Below, in pieces: positions 12,620-25,397 of a stretch of 64,000 nt of DNA. Source of the stretch: Mobula hypostoma. Its lineage: Eukaryota. Each line of letters starts with the position of its first letter. The stretch's first letter is position 1. The notes beneath the pieces were generated by a model. It had not been told where the DNA came from, ran no database searches, and was given only the letters and a program-made list of their open reading frames with translations. The position numbers and the translations under genes were made by a program. Location of the stretch: contig NC_086097.1 in the NCBI RefSeq assembly GCF_963921235.1, positions 98,892,001-98,956,000 on the forward strand. Direction: 5' to 3'.

Positions 12620-14735
12620 ACATAAGAAATAGGAGCAGGCATTGGCCATCTAGCCCCATTCTCCCTGCTCTACTATTCGGTAAGAAAGTGGCTGTTTGGC
12701 TGTGGACTCAGCTCTGCCTGCCTTTTCCCCATAACCTTTAATTCCCCTGCTATGCAAAAATCTATCTAAATGTGTCTTAAATACTGTATATTTAATGAAG
12801 TAATCACTACTGCTTCCCTGGGTAGAAAATTCCACAGATTTACTACTCTGTGGGAAGAGCAGTTTCTCCTTATCTCTGACCCAGATCTTCAGGCTATGTC
12901 CTCTAGTTCCAGTCTTACTTAACCAGTGGAAACAACATTCCTGCCTCTGTCTTGTATGTTTCTATAAGATCCGTTCTCATTCTTCTGAATTCCGGTGAAT
13001 ATAGTCCCAGGTAATACAATCTCTCCTCAGGTTAACCTCACCACCTCTAGAATCAATGTCTACACACCTCCAAAGCTGGTACATTTTTCTTCAAGTAAGC
13101 AAACCAGAACTAAATTCATTCCCTCGAGCAACAAAGGCCAGCATTCCATTTGCCTTCTTGATAACCTGTTTCATGTGTAAACCAACCTGTTGTGATTCGT
13201 GCACAAGCACTCCCAAGTCCTGCACAACAGCATGCTGTGTTCACCATTTAAATCATACAGTAATCTGTTCTTTTATTTTTACTTCCTAAGTGGATGACCT
13301 CACATTTCCCACCATTGTACTCCATCTGCCAGACCGTTGCTCATTCATTAAACCTATTTAAATCTCTCTGCAGACTCTCCACATCCTTTGCATAATTTGT
13401 TTTTTCTCCCCACTCAATTAACAGCAAACTTCGATATGCTATATAGTCGGCCCTCCTTATCCGCGAGTTCTGCATGCGCGCATTCAACCAACCGCGAATC
13501 AGGAAAACCTGGAAGTTCTCTCTCCAGCACTCGTTGTTCGAGCATTGTTCGCCTTGCATCTCGTTCGGTCGCTACTTTGTTTCTGTGAAAAAATGGCTCC
13601 TAAAAAGCAATTATGTGGTCAAAGCAATTCCTTAAAGGCTGAGAGTGCTGTCTCTCGCCAAGAAATTAGAAATATTAGATCTTTTGAAAAGTGGCATGTC
13701 GCATTCCGAAGTGAGCCGCGAGGTCGGTAAAAACGAATGGAGCATTCGTACAATAAAACAGAAAGAAGCTGAAATTCGGTGAAGTGTTAGTGCTAGGGAT
13801 GGCTGGCTAGCTATGTAAAGCGCTACAGCCTTAAGAACTTAAAGATCACGGGACAATCGGCATCGACTGATGCTGAGGCAGCATCAGCGTTCCCAGAGGA
13901 ACGACGATGTTTGCCTTTGTACTGAACATGTACAGACTTCTTCTCATTATTCCCTAAACAATACAGTATAACAACTATTTACATAGCATTTACATTGTAT
14001 TAGGTATTATAAGTCAACGGAACAGAAACACTGAGGGTGGCGGGTCCTGTGCTGCCCTGGGTCCTAAAGTCCACCCACACTGAGACAGGTTAAATAAGGG
14101 ACTTGAGCATCCGCGTTTTTTGATATCCGCGGAGGGGTCTCGGAACCAATCATTCGCGGATAAGGAGGGCCGACTGTAATCAATTCCCTCTTTTAAATCG
14201 TTAAGGTATTTTAGGAACTGTCATGGGCCCAACAACGACCTTTATTACACTCTTCTCACTGCTAGCCACCAGCCAGAGAAATACCAATTTATCCCAACTG
14301 TCTGCCTTCTAACCGTCTACCCATGCTAATATATTATCCCCCACCCCGTGCATCCTTATCTTAAGGATATGTCATTTATGTGGCCCCTTATTGAATGCCT
14401 TCTAAAAATCCAAGGAATATAATATCCACCTGTTCCTCTCTATCCACTGTGCTCAACAGATATTCAAAGAACTCCAGTAAGTTTGTTAAACAGGACCTGC
14501 CCTTCATGAATCCATGCTGTGTCTGCTTGATGGAACCAGCTCTATTGAGAAATCTTGCATATTTCTTCCTTAATGAGAGCTTCAGGAATTTTCCCTACTA
14601 CACATGTTCTGCTAACTTGCCTATCGTTATTTGCCTTTTGCTTGTATCCTTTTTTTAAACAGTGGCATGACATTTACTGTCTTATCTGCTGGGACCTGTC
14701 CAGAGTCCAGAGAATTTTGGCAAATTATCACAAAT
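12620..14735 (-). mobile_element. Decayed CR1 LINE, interrupted by a Tigger-like element
   Basis: Minus-strand fragments FKTHLDRFL..RGIKGYGEKAG and ESLQRDLNR; CR1-type 3' tail near 12620. Confidence 0.7.
13444..14176 (+). mobile_element. Tigger/pogo non-autonomous DNA transposon
   Basis: TIRs AGTCGGCCCTCCTTATCCGCG / CGCGGATAAGGAGGGCCGACTG with TA TSDs; internal remnant MAPKKQ...KLEILDLLKSGMSHSEVSREVGKNEWSIRTIK resembles a CENP-B/Tigger HTH. Confidence 0.88.
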
Positions 14736-14747
14736 GTGTTTATCATT

Positions 14748-15515
14748 TGTTTCTTTCCATGATTGACTAGGCAGAAATTTCAACAGTGGTTTGCCATTGC
14801 CTTCTGTTGCCACAGTGCTCATCTAACTAGAGCATTTGACCTCTACTGCTGTTCCCGATTGGGAATCATACACTGGACGTCGCCCAACCTTTGCTGCCGT
14901 TGTACAAAGACAATCCTCCACCAAAGCTTGGGATCCATCTCCCTGCTGCCGGAGACTGCAGTGATTTTAGGTGACACCACCACCATTGGTCTGGTTATTT
15001 TTCTGGCACCAAACACTCGCCATAGACAGAGCTCCTTCAGTGAGACAGGGTGCACCCGGACCTAAGTCCTACGTGAAGGCGGAGTTGTCTTGGGTGGTAG
15101 AAGCTATATAATCACTATTGGCATTTCCTGATATTTAGTCAGGACCCAACCACCCCATACACCCCAAGACATTCTTAGAAGAACGCTGAAAATATCATAT
15201 AGAGATAGGGTAACTATTGAGACAGTACTCCAACGTGCCCATACAAAAAGATCTTTAATGAGAACATTAACTGAGAGGAAACTTAAATTCCTGGGCCATG
15301 TCATGAGAAAGGGAGAAATAGAATACCTAACATTACAAGGCCGTATGCCTGGGAAACGCGGAAGAGGAAGGCAAAGAAGAAAATATATGGACACTGTGAA
15401 AGAACTAACAGATCTAAGTGTGTGAGGTATCATTGACGCTGCGTGGGATCGTTCGATGTAGAAAGCTATGATCCCCCAAGCGTGTAATGCGCAAGGCATA
15501 TGACGAAGAAGAAGT
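14748..15515 (+). mobile_element. RTE-clade LINE insertion (3' ORF end, probably with an inverted 5' segment), 11-bp TSD
   Basis: + strand RRTLKISYRDRVTIETVL...LKFLGHVMRK...GKRGRGRQRRKY is a typical RTE C-terminus; (gaa)n tail; TSD tgtttatcatt at 14737-14747 and 15516-15526. Confidence 0.8.
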
Positions 15516-16564
15516 TGTTTATCATTAGATTCTTGAACAAAAAGGGATAACTATACTCACTTGCCCATCCATTGAAATGCTTCCACAACCAATGACCTCA
15601 CTTTAGGGACTCTTTGTCTCGTCTCATTTCTCATTATTTATTTATATTTGCATTTGCTCAGTCTATTGCCTCTTGGACTCTGGTTGATCTTCCATTACTC
15701 CTGTTGTAGGTTTCAATTGGTACATTTAATGTCAGAGAAATGTATACAATATACATCCTGAAATTCCTTTTCTTTGCAAACATCCACGAAAACAGAGGAG
15801 TGCCCTAAGAATGAATGACAGTTAAATGTTAGAACCCCAAAGCCCCCCCAGCTTCCCCTTCAATGCATAAGCAGCAACAGAGCAACGATCCCCCCTCCCC
15901 TACCAGCAAAAAAAATTGGCGCCCTCCCCCCACTGAGCACTCAAGCATGCAGCAAAGCATCAATAAAGTCACAGACTTGCAGTACCCAAAGACTACTTGT
16001 TCACCCAGTAATTCGACATACCACAGGCCCTCCCCCTCCCTAATAAGGGAAAAAGAGGTGTCCCTGTTTCACAGCGAGAGGGTAGACATAATAAACAACT
16101 CGCTGATTTGCGATGTTAGAAGTATTGCATCTCTGGGCACACAGCTAGCAGCCAGCTTGCTGCTTTCGATCTTCCATCTCCCACGATGCACCAGGGCGGC
16201 ACCGATCTCAAGTCCACTCGCCTCTGGAGCCACGAGATCCAGAACCCTGAAGGCACGCTCTTCTAGGCTGTGTCCTTGGCATATCGAATAATGGCCAGTT
16301 GTAAGACCCCTATTCCTGCAAAGAACCAAAGTCAGCGTGTAACTTCAGGTCAGGGAAAAAAAATAGAGATATTGAAGATAGAAATAGAGCTGTTTCCAAA
16401 GATGCAAGCAAAAAAAGTTGCCATTAGGTGCCATAGTCCTCTAAGCTCTTATGGTTACTGTTCTGTGGATTTACTGAGTATGCCCGCAGGAAAATGAATA
16501 TCGGTTGTATATGGTAACATGTATGCACTTTGATGATAAAATTTACTTTGAACTTTGAGCTTTA

Positions 16565-19190
16565 TGGGTTGAGCTAAGGAATAGCAGGGGTAAAAGGACC
16601 CTGATGGCAGTTATTTATAGGCCTCCAAACAGCTGCAGGGATGTGGACTACAAATTACAACTGGAAATAGAAAAGGCTTGTCAGAAGGGCAGTGTTATGA
16701 TAATTGTGGGGGATTTTAACATTCGAGTAGATTGGAAAAATCAGGTCTGCACTAGATCTCAAGAGAGAGAATTTGTAGAATGTCTGCGAGATGGCTTTTT
16801 AGAACAGCTTGTTGTTGAGCCCACTAGGGGATCGGCTGTACTGGATTGGGTATTGTGTAATGAACCGGAGGTGACTGGAGAGATTGAGGTGAAGGAACCC
16901 TTAGTAGGCAGTGATCATAACATGATTGAGTTCACTGTGAAATTAGAAAAAGAGAAGCCGAAATCTGATGTGTCGGTGTTTCAGTGGAGTAAAGGAAACT
17001 ACAGTGGCATGAGAGAGGAACTGGCGAAAGTTGACTGGATAGAGACACTGGCGGGAAAGACGGCAGAGCAGCAGTGGCTGGAGTTTATGCGAGAAATGAG
17101 GAATGTGCAAGACAGGTATATTCCAAAAAAGAAGAAATTTTCGAGTGGAAAAAGGATGCAACCGTGGTTGACAAGAGAAGTCAAAGCCAAAGTTAAAGCT
17201 AAGGAGAGGGCATACAAGGAAGCAAAAATTAGTGGGAAGACAGAGGATTGGGAAGTCTTTAAAACCTTACAAAAGGAAACCAAGAAGGTCATTAAGAGAG
17301 AAAAGATTAACTATGAAAGGAAACTAGCAAATAATATCAAAGAGGATACTAAAAGCTTTTTCAAGTACGTAAAGAGTAAAAGACAGGTGAGAGTAGATAT
17401 AGGACCGATAGAAAATGATACTGGAGAAATTGTAATGGGAGATGAGGAGATGGCAGAGGAACTGAACAAGTATTTTGCATCAGTCTTCACTGAGGAAGAC
17501 AGCAGGATACCGGACCCTCAAGGGTGGCAGGGAAGAGAAGTGTGCGCAGTCACAATTACGACAGAGAAAGTACTCAGGAAGCTGAATAGGCTAAAGGTCG
17601 ATAAATCTCCTGGACCAGATGGAATGCACCCTCGTGTTCTGAAGGAAGTAGCTGTGGAGATTGCGGAGGCATTAGCGATGATCTTTCAAAAGTCGATAGA
17701 TTCTGGCATGGTTCCGGAGGACTGGAAGATTGCAAATGTCACTCCGCTATTTAAGAAGGGGGCAAGGAAGCAAAAAGGAAATTATAGACCTGTTAGCTTG
17801 ACGTCGGTGGTTGGGAAGTTGTTGGAGTCGATTGTCAAGGATGAAGTTACAGAGTACCTAGAGGCATATGACAAGATAGGCAGAACTCAGCATGGATTCC
17901 TTAAAGGAAAATCCTGCCTGACAAACCTATTACAATTTTTTGAGGAAATTACCAGTAGGCTAGACAAGGGAGATGCAGTGGATGTTGTATATTTAGATTT
18001 TCAGAAGGCCTTTGACAAGGTGCCACACATGAGGCTGCTTAACAAGATAAGAGCCCATGGAATTACAGGAAAGTTACATACGTGGATAGAGTGTTGGCTG
18101 ATTGTCAGGAAACAGAGAGTGGGAATAAAGGGATCCTATTCTGGTTGGCTGCCGGTTACCAGTGGTGTTCCACAGGGATCAGTTTTGGGGCCGCTTCTTT
18201 TTACATTGTACATCAACGATTTGGATTATGAAATAGATGGCTTTGTGGCTAAGTTTGCTGACGATACGAAGATAGGTGGAGGGGCCGGTAGTGCTGAGGA
18301 AATGGAGAGTCTGCAGAGAAACTTGGATAGATTGGAAGAATGGGCAGAGAAGTGGCAAATGAAGTACAATGTTGGAAAGTGTATGGTTATGCACTTTGGC
18401 AGAAAAAATAAACAGGCAGACTATTATTTAAATGGGGAAAGAATTCAAAGTTCTGAGATGCAACGGGACTTGGGAGTTTTCGTACAGGATTCTCTTAAAG
18501 TTAACCTCCAGGTTGAGTCGGTAGTGAAGAAGGCGAATGCAATGTTGGCTTTCATTTCTAGAGGAATAGAGTATAGGAGCAGGGATGTGATGTTGAGGCT
18601 CTATAAGGCGCTGGTGAGACCTCACTTGGAGTACTGTGGGCAGTTTTGGTCTCCTTATTTAAGAAAGGATGTGCTGACGTTGGAGAGGGTACAGAGAAGG
18701 TTCACTAGAATGATTCCAGGAATGAGAGGGTTAATATATGAGGAACGTTTGTCCGCTCTTGGACTGTATTCCTTGGAGTTTAGAAGAATGAGGGGAGACC
18801 TCATAGAAACATTTCGAATGTTAAAAGGCATGGACAGAGTGGATGTGGCAAAGTTGTTTCCCACGATGGGGGAGTCTAGTACGAGAGAGCATGACTTCAG
18901 GATTGAAGGGCGCCCTTTCAGAACAGAAATGCGAAAAAATTTTTTTAGTCAGAGGGTGGTGAATCTATGGAATTTGTTGCCACGGGCAGCAGTGGAGGCC
19001 AAGTCATTGGGTGTATTTAAGGCAGAGATTGATAGGTATCTGAGTAGCCAGGGCATCAAAGGTTATGGTGAGAAGGCGGGGCAGTGGGACTAAATAGGAT
19101 AAAATGGATCAGCTCATGATAAAATGGCGGAGCAGACTCGATGGGCCGAATGGTCTACTTCTGCTCCTTTGTCTTATGGTCTTATGGTCT
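16565..19190 (+). mobile_element. Young 5'-truncated CR1 LINE
   Basis: Contains an uninterrupted 829-codon ORF2, a CR1 3' UTR and a (tcttatgg)n tail. Confidence 0.95.
16604..19093 (+). CDS. CR1 ORF2 (partial AP endonuclease and reverse transcriptase), N-terminally truncated
   Basis: IYRPP, VGDFN, LDWV and GSDH endonuclease motifs; NYRPVSLTS, LDFQKAFDKV, GVPQGSVLGP and KFADD RT motifs. Confidence 0.9.
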   Translation: MAVIYRPPNSCRDVDYKLQLEIEKACQKGSVMIIVGDFNIRVDWKNQVCTRSQEREFVECLRDGFLEQLVVEPTRGSAVLDWVLCNEPEVTGEIEVKEPLVGSDHNMIEFTVKLEKEKPKSDVSVFQWSKGNYSGMREELAKVDWIETLAGKTAEQQWLEFMREMRNVQDRYIPKKKKFSSGKRMQPWLTREVKAKVKAKERAYKEAKISGKTEDWEVFKTLQKETKKVIKREKINYERKLANNIKEDTKSFFKYVKSKRQVRVDIGPIENDTGEIVMGDEEMAEELNKYFASVFTEEDSRIPDPQGWQGREVCAVTITTEKVLRKLNRLKVDKSPGPDGMHPRVLKEVAVEIAEALAMIFQKSIDSGMVPEDWKIANVTPLFKKGARKQKGNYRPVSLTSVVGKLLESIVKDEVTEYLEAYDKIGRTQHGFLKGKSCLTNLLQFFEEITSRLDKGDAVDVVYLDFQKAFDKVPHMRLLNKIRAHGITGKLHTWIECWLIVRKQRVGIKGSYSGWLPVTSGVPQGSVLGPLLFTLYINDLDYEIDGFVAKFADDTKIGGGAGSAEEMESLQRNLDRLEEWAEKWQMKYNVGKCMVMHFGRKNKQADYYLNGERIQSSEMQRDLGVFVQDSLKVNLQVESVVKKANAMLAFISRGIEYRSRDVMLRLYKALVRPHLEYCGQFWSPYLRKDVLTLERVQRRFTRMIPGMRGLIYEERLSALGLYSLEFRRMRGDLIETFRMLKGMDRVDVAKLFPTMGESSTREHDFRIEGRPFRTEMRKNFFSQRVVNLWNLLPRAAVEAKSLGVFKAEIDRYLSSQGIKGYGEKAGQWD

Positions 19191-19472
19191 TTATTATTAC
19201 TTCTGCCAGTTATTTTGGTACCCTGGGATGCATCCCATCAGAACCAGGGAACTTGTCTACCTTTAGGCCTACTGGTCATCGCTACCTCTTTAGTGACAGT
19301 GATTGTTTCTAGGTCCTCACCTTCCTTTGCATCTATAATATCTCTCTTTGGCATGTTAGGCATGTCCTTCAACGTGAAAACCAACACAAGATAGTCATTC
19401 AAGGGCTAAAAATACAGGTTAAAACTTTTAGGTCCAGCAACTACCATAGTTTATATCTGTAATACAGAACTA

Positions 19473-20755
19473 CAGGTTTCCCCCGCCATCCGAAGGTAGA
19501 GCGTTCCTATGAAATGGTTCGTAAGCTGGAATGTCGTAAAGCGAAGAAGCAATTACCATTTATTTATATGGGAAAATTTTGTGAGCGTTCGCAGACCCAA
19601 AAATAACCTACCAAATCATGCCAAATAACACACAAAACCTAAAATAACAGTACAGATAGTAAAAGCAGGAATGATATGATAAATACACAGTCTGTATAAA
19701 GTAGAAATACTTTTCCACAATCATTGCCTGCACTGTTCTCTGTAGCGAAAATCTCATGCAAGCGCTCGCGACAGAAACACGGTGTAAGCGCCGTCGGCAG
19801 AAAATCTCACGCAGGCGCTCTGGGGAAAAACACTCTCTCCAGTAACCTTTAAGCTATGAAGCACCTAATTAATTAGCTTGTTTATTTCAGTTTTTTTCTT
19901 AAAGATGTGCTGTGTGCCTCCCGGCTACCGCTGCGTTCTCTGCGAATCGGTATCTGTCCGCGGCCTGGGGGTTGGGGTGGTGGGACACTGGGGTGTCATC
20001 TCATCGTCGTCTGTTTCCATCAGGGCAGGCAGCTCATCTTCTCCTATGACTGCCCGCCTCGATGTCGAAGGTCGAGGTTGGTCGTCTGCTGTGGCTGATG
20101 TGGAAGGCTTGAAAAACGACAGTATGCTTGACTGCTGAGCCTCGTGCATTTTTCTATCATACAGTTCTTTGTAAGCACTCAAACCATCCTGCAAATATGC
20201 CCTAAATCGACGTACCCTTTCAAAATTAAAGTCGTACTTTATCATTGCAGCGAAAATCTCAGGCAGTTGCTTCACATTCAGTTCCGGGACAACTTCACTT
20301 TCGGTCCATTCGCTACTGCATTCAGTTTCAATTGTTATCTTTTCCTTTTCCAATTGCATCAGCTCTTCACCTATCAGTTCTTGGTCATGGGATGCCAAAA
20401 CCTCTTCAACATCATCTTCGTCAACTTCCACAAGCCAAACTCACTTTGTCCTTCCTTCGTGCACCCCGATCAAACTGCTTAATTATGTCTAGTTTTACAC
20501 TAAGTGTAACACCCTTACGAGCTCTTTTAGGCTTTTCCAATACCTTAGAACTCATCTTGCAAACAGCTGCTCACAGGCACGTGTTTAAGCAATGCCGGTG
20601 AGAATGCCATTCCGAATCCGGGGGAGGAGCGGCTGCTTGGGGCCTTTTATCGTAACAGTGAAAACACCTTCTGTTAGCGAAAACAAGGAACTAATATAGG
20701 TCTTTCGTAACAGTGAGGTTTGTAAAGTGAACGTTCGAAAAGCGGGGGACACCTG
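19473..20755 (-). mobile_element. Tigger/pogo internally deleted DNA transposon
   Basis: TA|CAGGTTTCCCCCGC ... GCGGGGGACACCTG|TA. The - strand encodes an HTH start (MSSKVLEKPKRARKGVTLSVKLDIIK, ATG at 20555) next to an acidic Tigger C-terminus (ORF 19925-20431). Confidence 0.85.
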
Positions 20756-20869
20756 TATTCTGATAACTAGGGATCTGTACTAATCTGTTACAGGTTAACC
20801 TGCAAGTGTAACTTTTGTGATTTCAGCCAACAGCGTTTCTGGTTTCAAATTACTAACGTAAAGTATAAA

Positions 20870-22590
20870 ACAGGTGAAAGAAAATATCGGAACACTGGAA
20901 AACGATGCTGGGGAGGTAGTAATGGGGGACACAAGGAAATGGTGGACGAACTGAATAATTATTTTATATCAGTCTTCACTGTGGAATACACTAGCAGTAC
21001 GGTGGAAGTTCCTGGTGTCAGGGACATCAAATATGTGAAGTGACCATAACTAGAGAGAAGGTTCTTGGGGAAACTGAAAGGTCTGAAGGCAGATAATTCA
21101 CCTGAACCAGATGGTGTACACCCCAGAGTTCTGAAAGAGGTGGCTGATGAAATCGTGGAGGCATTAGTAATGATCTTTCAAGAATCGTTAGATTCTGGAA
21201 TGGTTCTGAGGGAATGGAAAATTGCAAATGTCACCCCAAGAAGGGGGAGGGTCAGAAGAAAGGAAACAATAGGCCAGTTAGTCTGACCTCAGTGGTTGAG
21301 AAGATGTTGGAGTCGATTATTAAGGATGAGGTCCCAGGGCACTTGGAGGCACATGATAAAATAGGCCGTAGTCAGCATGGTTTCCACAAAGGAAAATCTT
21401 GCCTGCCAAATCTCTTGGAATTGTTTGAAGAAATAACAAGCAGGATAGACAAAGGAGAATTGGTTGTTGTGTTCCTGGATTTTCAGCAGGTCTTTGACAA
21501 GGTGCCACACAAGAGGCTGTTTAACAAGCTACGAGTCCAGGGTATTACAGGAAAGATGTGGCTGATTGACAGGAGGCAAAGTGGGAATAAAGGGAACCTT
21601 TTCTGACTTGAAGCCATGATTAGTTGTGTTCCACAGGGGTCTGTGTTGGGACCTATTATTTTCACATTATATGTCAATGATTTGGATGATGGAATTGATG
21701 GCTTTTTGCAAAGTCTGCAAGGTAGGTGGAGTGGTGGACAGTTTTGAGGAAGTAGAGAGGCTACAGAAGGACAGATTAGAAGAATGGACAAATGGCAAAT
21801 GAAATACAATGTTAGGAAGTATATAGTCATGCACTTTAGTACAAGAAATGAAAGGGTTGACTGTTCTCTAAATGGAGAGAAAATACAAAGGGTTTTGGGA
21901 GTCCTTGTGCAGGATTCCCTAAAGGTTAATTTGCAGGTTGAGTCTATAGTGAGGAAGGCAAATGCAATGTTAGCATTCATTTCAAGAGGACTAGAATATA
22001 AAAGCAAGGATATAATGTTGAGACTTTAAAAAGCACTGATAGGCCTCACTTGGAGAATTGTGTGCAGATTTGGGTGCCTTATATTAGAAAAGATGAGTTG
22101 AAACTGGAGAGGGTTCAAAGTAGATTCACAAAAATTATTCACGCATTGAGTGTCTTGTCTTATAAAGAGTGTTTGATGGCTCTGGGCCTGTATTCACTAG
22201 AGTTCAGAAGAAAGGGGTGACCTCATTGGAACCTATCAAATGGTGAAAGGCCTTGATAGAGTGGATGCTTCCTATGGTGGGAGAGTCTAAGCCTAGAGGA
22301 TACAGCCTCAGAATAGAGGGGCGACCTTTTAGAACAGAGATGAGGAGGAATTTATTTAGCCAGGGAATGGTGAATTGGTGGAATTCCTTGCCTCAGGCAG
22401 CTGTGGAAGCCAAGTCTTTACGTATATTTAAGGCAGTGGTTGATAGATTCTTGATTGGTCAGGGCAGCAATGGATACGGGGAGAAGGCAGGAGATTGGGG
22501 CTGAGAGGAAAATTGGATCAGCCATGATGAAATGGCGGAGCAGACTCGATGGGCCAAATGGCTTAATTGTGTCCCTATGTCTTATGGTCT
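20870..22590 (+). mobile_element. Decayed CR1 LINE (RT region to 3' UTR)
   Basis: Frameshifted fragments PDGVHPRVLKEVA, RPVSLTSVV, FDKVPH, KANAMLAFISRG; tcttatgg tail. Confidence 0.9.
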
Positions 22591-22774
22591 AACAGTTGTC
22601 AGGAGCAGAACCCTCATGTAATCCATGGAATGTACTGTGCTCAGGTACAGGGACACCCAGGCTTCTTTAGACATCAACATCCCTCCTTCACACTAGTCAG
22701 TATATTTTTCCACCACAGTACATAAGCTTGCACCTTTCCACACTAATCTGTTTTGTTGTTAAAATGAAATCAAA

Positions 22775-24965
22775 TTGATGTAGAAGATGTAGAATCATTG
22801 TGAGTTAAGGAACTGCAAGGGTAAAAAGACCCTGATTTGAATTATAGACAGGCTTCTGAATAGTAGATAGGATGTGGGGTACGAATTACAACACAAGATA
22901 GAAAATGCACGTCAAAGGGGCAATGTTATGATAGTCATGGGGGATTTCGAGATTGGGAAAATTGGGTTGGTGCTGATTTTGGATCCTAAGAGAGAGAATT
23001 TGTAAAATGCCTATGAGGTGGCATTTTAGAGCAGCTTGTGGTTGAGCCCACTAGGGTATCAGCTATTCTAGATTGTGTGTTGTATGCTGAAATGGATTTG
23101 AGGTTAAGGTAAAGGAACCCTTTGGAGGCAGTGACCATAGTATGATAGAATTCACCCTGCAATTTGAAAGGGAGAAGCGAAAGTCAGATTTATCAGTATT
23201 ATAGTGGAGTAAAGGGAACTACAGAGGCATGAGAGAGGAGCTGGCCAAAGTTGTTTGGAAGAGGACACTAGCAAGGATGATGGCAGAGCAGGAATGGCTG
23301 GAATTTCTGGGAGCAATTTGGAAGGTGCAGGATAGATACATCCCAAAGAAGAGGTATTCCAAGGGCACTATGACACAACTGTTGCTGACAAAGGTTGTGT
23401 CAACAACTCTGCCAATATAAAAGCAAAAAAGAGGGCTTATAAAAGAGCAAAGTTTAGTGGGAAGTTAGAGGGTTGGGAAAAACCAATAGAAGGCAGCTAA
23501 AAAAGCCATAAGGAACACAAGATGAAATACGAAAGTAAGCTAGCCAGTAATATCAAAGAGGATTTCAGATATATAAAGAGTAAAAGAAAGGTGAGAGTAG
23601 ATACTGGACTGCTGGAAAATGATGCTGGAGAGGTAGTAATGGGAAACAAGGAAACGGCAGATGAAATGAATAAGTATCTTCACTGAGTAATTCACTAGCA
23701 GTCTGCCATTAATTCCAAGAATGTCAGGGGGTAGAAGTGAGTGCAGTTGCTATCACTAGGAAGAAGGTGCTTGGCAAGCTGAAAGGTCTGTCTGAAGGTG
23801 GATAAGTTACCTGGACCAGATGGACTACACCTGAGGGCTCCGAAAGAGGTGGCTGAGAAATTGTGGAAGCATTAGTAATGATTATTCAAGAAACACTAGG
23901 TTCTAGCATGGTTCTGGAGGACTAGAAAATTGTAAATGTCACTCCACTCTTCAAGAAGCGAGGGCTGCAAAAGTAAAGAAATTCTAGGCCAGTCAGCCTA
24001 ACCTCAGTGGTTGGGAAGATGTTGGAGTCGATTGTTAAGGACAAGGTTTCAAGGCATATGGTAAAAATGGGCCAAAGTCAGCATGGTTTCCTTAGGAGAA
24101 AACCTTGTCTGACAAATCTGCTGGGATTCTTTGAGGAAATAACAACAGGATAGACAAAGGAGAATCAGTGGATGTTGTCTACTTGGATTTTCAAAAGATC
24201 TTTGACAAGGTGCCACACAGGAGACTGCTTAGCAAGATAAGAGCCCATGGTATTATAGGAAAGATTCTAGAGTGGACAGAGCATTAGCTGATTGGCAGAT
24301 GGCAAAGAGTGGGAATAAAGGGAGCCTTTTCTGGTTGCCTGCCGGTGAGTAGTGGTGTTCTGCAAGAGTTGGCTTTGGGACCGATTCTTTTTACATTATA
24401 TGTCAGTGACTTGAATGAGGGAGTTAATGACTCTGTGGCCAAGTTTGCGGATGATACAAAGATAGGTGGAGGGGCAGGTAGTGTTGAGGAAGCAGGGAGG
24501 CTGTAGAAGGACTTAGACGGATTAGGAGAATGGGCAAAGAAGTGGCAGGTGGAATGTAGTGTTGGGAAGCATATGTTTATGCACTGGTGAGGCCTCACTT
24601 GGAGTATTGTGAGCAGTTTTTGGTCCCTCATCTCTAAGAAACGATGTGTTGACGTTGGAGAGTGTTCAAAGAAAGTTCACATGAATGATTCTGGGATTGA
24701 AAGGCTTATTTTATGAGGAGTGTTTTATGGCTTTGGGCCTGTACTCACTGGAATTTAGAAGAATGAAGGGGGGGATCTCATTGAAACCTATTGAATTTTG
24801 AAAGACCGAGATAGAGTGGATGTGGAGAGGATGTTTTCTATAGCAAGGGAGTCTAGGACCAGAGAACAGAACCTCAGAATAGAAGAACGGTCATTTATAA
24901 TGGAGATAAGGAGCAATTTCTTTAGCCAGAGGGTGGTGAATCTGTGGAATTCGTTGCCACAGGCG
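22775..24965 (+). mobile_element. Decayed CR1 LINE
   Basis: Fragments [18 protein letters not shown] and FFSQRVVNLWNSLP, with many stops. Confidence 0.88.
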
Positions 24966-25257
24966 AATTTAAGAGATGACAGTTACTGCTATCTTTCAGA
25001 ACTATGAAAAGTATATCATCAGGTCCTTGGGATTTACTGCTTTCAGTCTATAATTATATCTCTTAACTAATATTAATTTGTTTTCTTCAAATTCTGCACC
25101 AACTCCATGGTTGTTTAAAAGATGTTTTTTTATGTACCTTCCAGAAAAAACTTTGCTTCATTGCTCTGTCACACCTCTTTCCCATTCCAAATCTTCCCAT
25201 CTGTGTCTGAAAGGGATCCCATAATTTCCCTCATTTGCCTGTTCCTTTCCATGCACC

Positions 25258-25397
25258 TTGTCACCAACATGCTCCTAGAAGACAGCGGCGCGGCTAATGT
25301 AGGTGAACTGAACACACTAATGAGGGAGAGGGAGAAGTGGAGAGTCTGTCATCGTGCCCAACGCCGGCCCCCTAGGCCTGAGTTGACGTAGTAGTAG
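25258..25397 (+). mobile_element. Very short RTE-like 3' fragment with (gta)n tail and 11-bp TSD
   Basis: TSD ttccatgcacc (25247-25257) / ttccacgcacc (25398-25408); ORF end LMREREKWR. Confidence 0.6.
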
